Source: a virus (lineage: Duplodnaviria; Caudoviricetes). From it: DNA of 34,741 nt. The notes beneath the pieces were generated by a model. It ran no database searches. It was not told where the DNA came from and worked only from the letters and a program-made list of their open reading frames with translations. Location of the stretch: positions 1 through 34,741 of IMG/VR virus record IMGVR_UViG_3300020045_014497; one strand, written 5' to 3'. Position numbers and translations under genes: made by a program. Shown here in pieces: positions 25,503 through 33,059 of this stretch (positions within the stretch are counted from its first letter, which is position 1; the number at the start of each line of letters is the position of its first letter).

Positions 25503-28500
25503 GGCTTTAACCTTGGTTCTCTATCAGGATCTCTTTGAGATTTTGCCCAAACATCAAGACGGTTACTTAGATCAATATAATTCTTGAATCTTTCTGAGGC
25601 TTTTGTCCATTCCTGTTGTTGTTCCAACAAATCCATAGCAGCATATTCTTCTAATGCAGTGATAAAATCAGAATTAAACTTGATTGTATCATCAACGGTT
25701 AATGACTGTGCGGCCGCCCGATACATTACAAACATATCACCATAGTTAGGAATTGAAACCCTGGGATGAATTGCAGTGTATCGATAACTTACAACTGAAA
25801 AGAATTCAGGTTGACCATTGATTGTTTCCCAATCATTTCTAAAATCATTGAAAGCTAAAAGTGAGCGGGGTTTCAACCATTCTCTAGTTACTGTATTATA
25901 GATAGATGTGATAGCAACTAAATCAGGGATGAGTTCTTTAAAATCATAGTAGATTAATTTCTCTTCAAATGGCAAAACCGCAGTTTTTAAGAGAGCGCCG
26001 GTTGACGCTACAATCTCATCATAGCCATCTTGTATAGAATCTTGGAGATCCTGTGGAGTCCAAAATACCGGATTATCAATTGTTTGGCGGACTCTTTCCA
26101 TTATTTCTCCTATTGTGAAAATTCCCTGTAAAAATGGAACAATTACAGGAGAAGCTAAATCATCACTAAATACTAACGTATCTGCAAAAAGTTGAGATAA
26201 CTGTAAGATGAAACCTAGGAGGTCAACAGATGTAGAATCATTCTGTTGAAGAAAATCAGAGAATTCTGTTAACTGATAGTGAAGGTTTAACCTAATTTCA
26301 TCCTGCTGTTCAAGAGAATCTGCAACAACTAAAAAGTGCCGAAGGAGAGCTTCTAGATTATCATTTTGTTGAATTAGATCTGAAAATTCAAGAGCTGCTC
26401 CTAAAATTTTTGCAAGGTCATCATTAAAAACTAAGGTGTCAGAACGTGCAACCAAGAACCCCAGCGCCGGTGAAGTTACGTCAGTTTGTCCAATCGCGTC
26501 TGAAAAACCTAAAAGATTACCAAGAAGATTAGCAAATGAATCATTCTGAATTACTTGATCTGCAAAGTTTGTTAGATATGCAAATCTAGCCTGAAGATCA
26601 TCATTCTGTGAGATCTGATCTGAGAATGAAAGCAATGAGCTAAAAATTAATTGAAGGCTATCACTTTGAGAAAGTTGATCTGCAATATTCTTTACGTACC
26701 CATAAACTACACGAAGTTCATCACTCTGGGCCGTTTGATCAGAAAATGAAATTGGAAGATCAACTACCCCACCAACTGTATCTAATGAAACAATAATGGC
26801 ATCGAGTTGGGTAGTAATGTCACTAAATAAAATCCTATACTCATAGATTAATCGAATTGCATCTTGAATATCTAAGGAGTCAGAAAATGGTAAGAGATAA
26901 CCATAAAGTAGATTAATTGCATCTGATTGAGAAAGTGTATCAGAGAATGACTGAGCTTGTAGTCCAAGTAAACTAACAGCTATTGCATCAAGGTTTGTCT
27001 CACGTTGAACCAGCTCAAAATCATCAAGATCTGTTGTGAGGGGAGCACAATTAATAGTTACTCCAGAATATCCTCCGGCAGAATGAGTTGAATCTGTTGT
27101 TTCAAGGATTAAAGTACTATTAACAAAAACTTGGATTAAACTGTTTTCAATTTTAACTTTAATTCTATCTCCAGAGGAAAGACTTAAGGTTCCAGTTGAA
27201 ACTAAATCTGTTGGAATTCCCGAGCTATATCGAACAATAGTTGCAACATATGAGGATAATTCTCCAACAAATTTAACCGCATACCCATTAGTAGTTGTTA
27301 AGTTGTACCTAATGAATATGATTATTGTACTAGAAGTAAAAAAATCAATTACTACAAAACTGGCTGTTTGATTAACTTCTTGCTCAACAATTGTGTAGTA
27401 AGCTGTACCGGAGCCAATTGCACTAATCTTATTACTATTTATCTGAATCCCAGAATTATTCCAATCAGAACCCAGCGATGCTCGGTTAAAATCATCCGTG
27501 TAAACTTTCTCATAAGTTCGATCATTTAATGAAAGAAGATAATTTAGATTAATTAGAAGGGCATCAAGCTGTGTTGTTTGGTCGCTAAAGCTAAGTAGAT
27601 ATCTTAAATTTAATAAAGCCTCATCAGAAAATGTTAATTGTTCATTTGGCTCCCAACGATGTCCAAATATTAGTTGAAAAGATTCACCATAGTTATTTAT
27701 ACTATCTGAAAAATTCTGAGAAATAAATCCAAGAATTGCAAGAGCAAGATCATCACTTTGAGATAACTGATCTGCGAAGGCTTTAAGTAATCCTAGATTA
27801 ATTATCTGTGCATCACTTTGAGATAGTGTTTCAGAAAACGTCAGTCGATGTTGTAGATTAAATAGTGCTTCATCAGAGATTGAAAGCTGCTCTGAGGGTT
27901 GCCACCTATGACCAAATATCTTTTCTACATTCTCTCCATAATTATTTAATGTATCAGCTGGCTGTTTAGCATAGCCATATGCAACTACTGCTGCATCACT
28001 TTGATTATTTATTGTATCTGAGGCAGTTTGATTGATTGGAGTTGCTGAGGTTGCTTGTTTATATGTTGCAATTGCAGCTGCCCAATCTCTAGAGTTTAAT
28101 GTTCTAGTAAGAGTTGCAGTATATGCCGCTGCTGAGGATACAATTCTATAACCAAAATTTATAGTAACATTTGTTGCAGCACCACCGCCAGTAGTTCCAG
28201 CTTCTCCCAGTTCTGTAAAACTATTTTGCCATGTTCCATTTTGGTCTCCTCCAGGACCTTCCCACCCTGCTGCGCCAATACAAATTTCATCAGCTTGTGA
28301 GGTTGTGGCGGTTGCTCCCGAAGATGCAGAAAGTGAAGAACCCGTGCCAGTCGAAGATTTATCAAATGGTGAAGAAGTATCTGCTCCAGTAACTACCCCA
28401 GCATACATTGCTGCAGATTGAGATGCACCTAATTCAATGGTAATTTTTGCCCCCGAAGCACTTGTGTTTGATACTACTAGTGAAAAAATCCTAGTAACCA

Positions 28501-28711
28501 CATTTCCAGAATTATTTATAGAAACGTTTATATTAAGTGCTTGAGTTGCAACTCCATTATATAAATAATCTGCAGAGTTATAACCAGTGACATCAGCCGC
28601 AGCAACTACAATAATTAAATCTCCTGCAACTACAGCGCCCACTCCAATATTGATGGTTAATGTGGTTCCCTTAACATTAGTCCCACCAAGAGATGTAATC
28701 GCAAGAGCCAT
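25499..28711 (-). CDS. Modular neck/fibre protein: N-terminal beta domain, ~20-aa repeats, lectin-like insert and C-terminal adaptor domain
   Basis: aa 1-220 S/T/A/G-rich beta domain; about 22 F(S/A)DxxxQxD repeats; DDFNRA...W...TDST..GYSG ConA-like domain; last ~200 aa resemble the adjacent adaptor (FWT..DL..SIQDG..EI...GQPEFF...). Confidence 0.8.
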   Translation of the reverse strand: MALAITSLGGTNVKGTTLTINIGVGAVVAGDLIIVVAAADVTGYNSADYLYNGVATQALNINVSINNSGNVVTRIFSLVVSNTSASGAKITIELGASQSAAMYAGVVTGADTSSPFDKSSTGTGSSLSASSGATATTSQADEICIGAAGWEGPGGDQNGTWQNSFTELGEAGTTGGGAATNVTINFGYRIVSSAAAYTATLTRTLNSRDWAAAIATYKQATSATPINQTASDTINNQSDAAVVAYGYAKQPADTLNNYGENVEKIFGHRWQPSEQLSISDEALFNLQHRLTFSETLSQSDAQIINLGLLKAFADQLSQSDDLALAILGFISQNFSDSINNYGESFQLIFGHRWEPNEQLTFSDEALLNLRYLLSFSDQTTQLDALLINLNYLLSLNDRTYEKVYTDDFNRASLGSDWNNSGIQINSNKISAIGSGTAYYTIVEQEVNQTASFVVIDFFTSSTIIIFIRYNLTTTNGYAVKFVGELSSYVATIVRYSSGIPTDLVSTGTLSLSSGDRIKVKIENSLIQVFVNSTLILETTDSTHSAGGYSGVTINCAPLTTDLDDFELVQRETNLDAIAVSLLGLQAQSFSDTLSQSDAINLLYGYLLPFSDSLDIQDAIRLIYEYRILFSDITTQLDAIIVSLDTVGGVVDLPISFSDQTAQSDELRVVYGYVKNIADQLSQSDSLQLIFSSLLSFSDQISQNDDLQARFAYLTNFADQVIQNDSFANLLGNLLGFSDAIGQTDVTSPALGFLVARSDTLVFNDDLAKILGAALEFSDLIQQNDNLEALLRHFLVVADSLEQQDEIRLNLHYQLTEFSDFLQQNDSTSVDLLGFILQLSQLFADTLVFSDDLASPVIVPFLQGIFTIGEIMERVRQTIDNPVFWTPQDLQDSIQDGYDEIVASTGALLKTAVLPFEEKLIYYDFKELIPDLVAITSIYNTVTREWLKPRSLLAFNDFRNDWETINGQPEFFSVVSYRYTAIHPRVSIPNYGDMFVMYRAAAQSLTVDDTIKFNSDFITALEEYAAMDLLEQQQEWTKASERFKNYIDLSNRLDVWAKSQRDPDREPRLKP
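26160..26990 (-). repeat. Protein repeat block 2 (about 13 units of ~20 aa)
   Basis: SDTLSQSD, SDSLDIQD, SDITTQLD, SDQTAQSD, ADQLSQSD, SDQISQND, ADQVIQND...ADTLVFSD; boundaries approximate. Confidence 0.8.
27520..28025 (-). repeat. Protein repeat block 1 (about 8 units of 20-22 aa)
   Basis: SDTINNQSD, ADTLNNYGE, SEQLSISD, SETLSQSD, ADQLSQSD, SDSINNYGE, NEQLTFSD, SDQTTQLD; boundaries approximate. Confidence 0.8.
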
Positions 28712-28718
28712 AAATTAT

Positions 28719-29030
28719 CTATGCAGGCCAGCGAGCATGAAGTTCAATACCAAGCAATTTCCACTCTGTAACCCCGTCTTCAGTCACTTCAGTCATCTTC
28801 ACAGTATTATTAGGAAGATTAGAAACAACTGTTTGATTTGCTGGACAATCCACACCAACAACAGAAAACCCATTCACAGGAGGATTAAGCAATACTTCCA
28901 TATGTGCTGGAAATGTACTATTATTAATTACTCTACCACGTGTAATCTGTCCATTAGCGTCATTCCAGTCAATCTGAGTAACTACTAATCCATTAGCAAA
29001 TGACGCGATATCAGAGGTTTGTTGAGCCAT
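28719..29030 (-). CDS. Hypothetical beta-rich protein, possibly structural
   Basis: 103-aa ORF with AGGAG RBS inside the structural operon. Confidence 0.75.
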   Translation of the reverse strand: MAQQTSDIASFANGLVVTQIDWNDANGQITRGRVINNSTFPAHMEVLLNPPVNGFSVVGVDCPANQTVVSNLPNNTVKMTEVTEDGVTEWKLLGIELHARWPA

Positions 29031-29038
29031 TTAGTCTC

Positions 29039-29563
29039 CTAAGCAAAGATTTCTTTATGTACTAATTCTTCATAACCAATCTCAGGTTTTCCTGCCTTCA
29101 CTGCACAAATAATAGTGTTAAAATCATCTCCAGTTTCAGGAAGCATCTTTTCGACAATAAAACTAAACTCAGTTAATTTTAGAGAAAGATAAATTTTATC
29201 TATAGCTGCCACATGATAATCTCCAGGATAAAGTTGTCTACCATAAATAGTTGCCTCCCAAAATTCACGTTTCCCTGATTTATTATCTAACCAATTTTGG
29301 AGAATCCTTCCAAATTCTGGGTAAGAGACTAATAGAATTCCACCAGTCTTAAGTACTCGGTTAATCTCTAAAAACAACCCACTATGATATCTTTTCTCTA
29401 TATGTTCTATTGTATGGAAGAGGTATACCTCATCAACAGAATCATTTTCGAAAGGAAACTTTCCACGAATATCAAATTTCATGTCAGGATTTACTTCATC
29501 TGACATATCCACATTAACTACATCAGTAAGTTTAGTTGATCCACAACCGAGGTTAAGTTTCAT
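29039..29563 (-). CDS. Class I SAM-dependent methyltransferase (Methyltransf_11-like)
   Basis: KLNLGCG, VNVD, FPF...SVDEV...HTIEH, EI.RVLK.GG.L; ATGA-coupled to the upstream GT. Confidence 0.92.
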   Translation of the reverse strand: MKLNLGCGSTKLTDVVNVDMSDEVNPDMKFDIRGKFPFENDSVDEVYLFHTIEHIEKRYHSGLFLEINRVLKTGGILLVSYPEFGRILQNWLDNKSGKREFWEATIYGRQLYPGDYHVAAIDKIYLSLKLTEFSFIVEKMLPETGDDFNTIICAVKAGKPEIGYEELVHKEIFA

Positions 29564-30273
29564 TTAACTACCTCTTTTACCATATTGAGGTAATTTTGAC
29601 CCCGATCCCTTTGATGCTCCTCAACTTGTGGCTTATAGATTTCTTCGTAAAAATCTTTATATGCATCCCTATTATCAGGGTCCATGTATTCTGAACCAAG
29701 CTGATGCCCAGTTTTTACAAGTGGATCAACAATGATTGAACATTCTGGATCAACCTCGCGAGCTTTAAGGCAGAAATAAATGTCCTCAGTATTATTTAGT
29801 CCAGTTATGAAAAACGGCGGGGGTACCTTCTTCAACAATGAACATTTAATGAGACAAAACGAGAACCCCACCGCATCACATTCAATCAACCCGGCTTCAT
29901 TTAGCTTGTAATCATTATAATATTCGAGATGTTCTTTTTTCTCATCAAACTTAAAGAACATATTATTAAATGGATACCCACGGATAATAGTCCATCCTGC
30001 AGCAATATCCGCATTTGCATCAATTAATCTCCTAAGCCCATCAGTTGGAACAAGAACATCATCATCCAAAAACAGGAGATAATCGCATTCCTGCTCAAGG
30101 GCAGTCTTAGCAGATTGATTTCGAGCCCGATCTATCGAGGATCTATTGGGTGTATAGAAAATAAATTTATCATCAGGAAATTCCTTTCCCAACCGGTACC
30201 AAAACTGACAATGATTAGAATAAGCTAAGGAGTCTACTTTAGTAAGAGTATTAACACAAACAAAGATTTTCAT
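29560..30273 (-). CDS. GT-A fold (GT2-like) glycosyltransferase
   Basis: IDRARN, YLLFLDDD (DxD), DAVGFSFCLIK, PPFF, TEDIYFC, VD...GH. Confidence 0.92.
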   Translation of the reverse strand: MKIFVCVNTLTKVDSLAYSNHCQFWYRLGKEFPDDKFIFYTPNRSSIDRARNQSAKTALEQECDYLLFLDDDVLVPTDGLRRLIDANADIAAGWTIIRGYPFNNMFFKFDEKKEHLEYYNDYKLNEAGLIECDAVGFSFCLIKCSLLKKVPPPFFITGLNNTEDIYFCLKAREVDPECSIIVDPLVKTGHQLGSEYMDPDNRDAYKDFYEEIYKPQVEEHQRDRGQNYLNMVKEVVK

Positions 30274-30284
30274 TAGTGTCCTTT

Positions 30285-30319
30285 AAAAAGTGGGACTCTT
30301 TGATTTCTCGCGGAGTCCC
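30285..30319 (-). terminator. Putative intrinsic terminator/attenuator after the capsid-cement genes
   Basis: On -: GGGACTC, 14-nt loop, GAGTCCC, then ACTTTTT just before the GT RBS. Confidence 0.5.
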
Positions 30320-30346
30320 TTAGGTTTTCTACGGAGGAAAGAGAAA

Positions 30347-30865
30347 TTACATGGCTCTCAAAATTACTTTTTGTGCAGTAGAAATACTCAAACGAGTATC
30401 ACTAGTTGCAGAAGCAGAAGAAGCAGCAGAAGCAATTGATTCACCAAGAAGTGCAAATGGTAGGTATGCTGTTGCACCAACAGATGCTGCATTAGATACC
30501 ATTGCATTAAATGCTGTATCTATAGCAAGCAAAGCTCCTTGAGCAACTGAAGCAGCAGAAGCCCAAGAATCTGTAGAAGCAGCCCGAGTTTGACCACGAT
30601 AAAATACAGCAGCAGGGTGAAATCCATAAACCATGGAATTACCAAAGTTTCCCGTTGCAATATTTTCAGTAGCTACACCAAAAAACAAAGAGTGAGCTTT
30701 TGTAGCCCCGCCTGTTCCAGGCAAAACTACAGCAAGTCCATCATCTGTACCATTCATTACAAGACAAACAGGTTGTCCTGCATTAATAGTAGCAGATGCT
30801 TCAGCGTTTTTAATTCTAACTGTACCGCGTTCGGGTTTGTTATTGTTGTTTTGATTAAAGTTCAT
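30347..30865 (-). CDS. Capsid cement/decoration protein
   Basis: Directly after MCP; KNAE...I.AGQPV...GVA...IA.G..G....G beta-tulip-like pattern; AGGAG RBS. Confidence 0.75.
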   Translation of the reverse strand: MNFNQNNNNKPERGTVRIKNAEASATINAGQPVCLVMNGTDDGLAVVLPGTGGATKAHSLFFGVATENIATGNFGNSMVYGFHPAAVFYRGQTRAASTDSWASAASVAQGALLAIDTAFNAMVSNAASVGATAYLPFALLGESIASAASSASATSDTRLSISTAQKVILRAM

Positions 30866-30896
30866 TGTGAGTTCTCCTTAAAATCATCCAAATCCT

Positions 30897-31982
30897 TTAG
30901 GTTAGAGTCCTCGCAATATTACCCATAATCCCTTGTTTACGGCGATTAGAAGTAGTAATTGAACCCATCCAAACCATGTGACCAAGGCGAGAATCACCAT
31001 TTACAGGTTTCTTGAAAGCTTTGCCATTTTCATCGGTGAGCATTTGGAAGTCACGTTCTGCAAAATAGCGCATCTTAAAGAACTCTGTATTAAGAAGAAT
31101 CGCCGAACCCTTAGTTGCAGCAGAAGCTGTCCCATTAGCAACATCAGGTACTTTATCATCCATTACCACTCTTGCACCCTTGAACATTGTATTTTCAAAG
31201 GGGAAAGTAGCATCAGACTTAGTTTGACCGTTCGAAAGCCAAAATGCATGAACAAAAAGTTCATAGGTCGTCTGATCCATCAAAATAACATTCGGGCGGC
31301 CACCAGTGCCAAGTGCTGCTGAATTATAGATATTATTTAATTCAAGTAGAAAATTAGCATAGGTGGTTGCGGCGGATGTTTTAGTTTTATTTCTCCACCA
31401 CGTTGAAGTACTTTGATTGATGTTTCCAATAGAGTGACTCGTCGTTGGATCAAACTTAACCAAGAGAGGAAGTGGATCAATTGCAGAAGATCCATTAACT
31501 ACAGATGAGGCGGGAGTAATTAGTGAGCCCCCTTGAGGGAGAGATCCAAGAAGAAGAGCATTAGCAAATGCTTCCTGAATTCCCATTTCTGCCTGTTTAA
31601 TCTTGGTCTGAACAAGATCAATGATCCGGCCCCGACTTTGATTTTGCAAAACTTCTTTCATGTGGTAAGTAATTGGAGCAACCAATTGACGCCACTGAAA
31701 GATTGCAGAAGTTACACCATCTGTAGGAGTGGTGGGAAGTTCATCTGCCCCATCATACCAATCAGCAGGTGCAAGACCATACATTAGTGCTTCTTCAATG
31801 TGAGTTCCACCTTCAGCAGGAGTATAAGAATCTCCTTTCATCATGTAGAACAAAAATGCATTCGTTGCTGCAATATTATCTTTCATTGTCTTGCTGTAGT
31901 TTGCAAGACTTTGAGCAAATAATGCATCAAGATTAATCGTTTTCTGTGAGGGAGCCGATCCATTCCCAAATGTTACTGGCAT
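30897..31982 (-). CDS. Major capsid protein (HK97 fold)
   Basis: 361 aa after the scaffold; DNI...N..L, GG..I...L.Y, A.F.W, IIDL...KI..AE, GNI......WWRN, P..I, F.G..V..D, LNT....L, C-terminal NRR.QG. Confidence 0.92.
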   Translation of the reverse strand: MPVTFGNGSAPSQKTINLDALFAQSLANYSKTMKDNIAATNAFLFYMMKGDSYTPAEGGTHIEEALMYGLAPADWYDGADELPTTPTDGVTSAIFQWRQLVAPITYHMKEVLQNQSRGRIIDLVQTKIKQAEMGIQEAFANALLLGSLPQGGSLITPASSVVNGSSAIDPLPLLVKFDPTTSHSIGNINQSTSTWWRNKTKTSAATTYANFLLELNNIYNSAALGTGGRPNVILMDQTTYELFVHAFWLSNGQTKSDATFPFENTMFKGARVVMDDKVPDVANGTASAATKGSAILLNTEFFKMRYFAERDFQMLTDENGKAFKKPVNGDSRLGHMVWMGSITTSNRRKQGIMGNIARTLT

Positions 31983-31985
31983 CTA

Positions 31986-32738
31986 TTAATCCTTTATAGT
32001 TTCAAAGGCCGAATTAATACTATCCCTTAAAGACATTGGTCCTTTAGGAGTATCTTTACCTTTGGTTGATTGTTTTCCACTCAACCGAGATGGAACATCG
32101 TTAGCATTACGATTAATTCTATCCGCAATTTGTTTTGCTGTTGTTTTAGCTCGCGCAGAGCCAGAAACTTGCTGATACAAACCCCGGATATACTTGTCAA
32201 TGCTAATGTTCGGCCCGGGTCGAAAATCTTCCATTGCCTGAATCATTTGTGAGTGGAATTTTTTAGATTCACCCTTTGTTTCAGAAGCCAGCTTGTCGAG
32301 AGCCGACTGTACTTTATCTTCTGTTGCAGAAGTGTGCAACTTAGTAAATTTAGAATTAAGCTCCTGATTATTCTGAGAAATAATCTCATCAATAGCAGGT
32401 CCAATCATATCAGCAAGAAATTCATATTTCTCACCAACATGTTTCTTAAGAATTGATTTAATATCTTTTTTAGCCTCAGCTACCTCAGATTTCTTTTCAA
32501 CTGTAAGATCAATGCCAGCTTGTTTTGCAAGATGTTCAAGAACTGCAACACGAGATTGAGGATTCTTTAAGGCCCGATAGAGATTCTTAGATTCTGCAAT
32601 TTCAGTATCATCTAAGTCAGATTCTGAATCTTTCTCATCTGATTCTTCTTCCGCTTCTTCGGTTTCTTCCTCAGTAGTCTCTTCTTCGACAACTACTTCA
32701 TCTTTTACTTCTTCAACATCTTCTTTAACCGGAGGCAT
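31986..32738 (-). CDS. Capsid scaffolding protein
   Basis: Highly acidic N-terminus, helical body, C-terminal SLRDSINSAF helix; directly upstream of MCP. Confidence 0.8.
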   Translation of the reverse strand: MPPVKEDVEEVKDEVVVEEETTEEETEEAEEESDEKDSESDLDDTEIAESKNLYRALKNPQSRVAVLEHLAKQAGIDLTVEKKSEVAEAKKDIKSILKKHVGEKYEFLADMIGPAIDEIISQNNQELNSKFTKLHTSATEDKVQSALDKLASETKGESKKFHSQMIQAMEDFRPGPNISIDKYIRGLYQQVSGSARAKTTAKQIADRINRNANDVPSRLSGKQSTKGKDTPKGPMSLRDSINSAFETIKD

Positions 32739-32740
32739 AA

Positions 32741-33058
32741 TTAAATCCTTTGATAACTAAATTGATCTCTAATATATAAATTAAAATAGGTACCCCGTGA
32801 GGAGGCCCCTTGAAAATTCATAAACTCATCCCAAGGCACATCAAAATATTTATAGGTTCCACGACGCTGGAATGCTACCGTCATAGAGCCTTCTGCAAAA
32901 TTGTAATCTACTTTAGCAACACAAGATGATTCAGCAATATTGAAAGATGAATATTTATTAATTACATCTTCAATTGAAACATCTTTTGGCTCACCTACAA
33001 CATCTTCAGGATTAAATGTTGGAAGGAACCTACCAAGAAGATCTCTTTCAATTGGCAT
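32741..33058 (-). CDS. KTSC-domain protein with N-terminal extension
   Basis: SSCVAKVDY.....MTVAF....YKYFDVP...F..F..ASSRGTYFN..IR. Confidence 0.9.
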   Translation of the reverse strand: MPIERDLLGRFLPTFNPEDVVGEPKDVSIEDVINKYSSFNIAESSCVAKVDYNFAEGSMTVAFQRRGTYKYFDVPWDEFMNFQGASSRGTYFNLYIRDQFSYQRI

Positions 33059-33059
33059 A

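Noticed and set aside
26000-27100. Local GATC enrichment as a Dam or regulatory signal
   Set aside because: Explained by Asp-Gln and Asp-Leu codons of the protein repeats
25499-28711. Tape measure protein or DGR target
   Set aside because: Repeats are Asp/Gln-patterned and beta-like rather than helical TMP repeats; no tail tube gene; no reverse transcriptase or adenine-variable TR/VR pair
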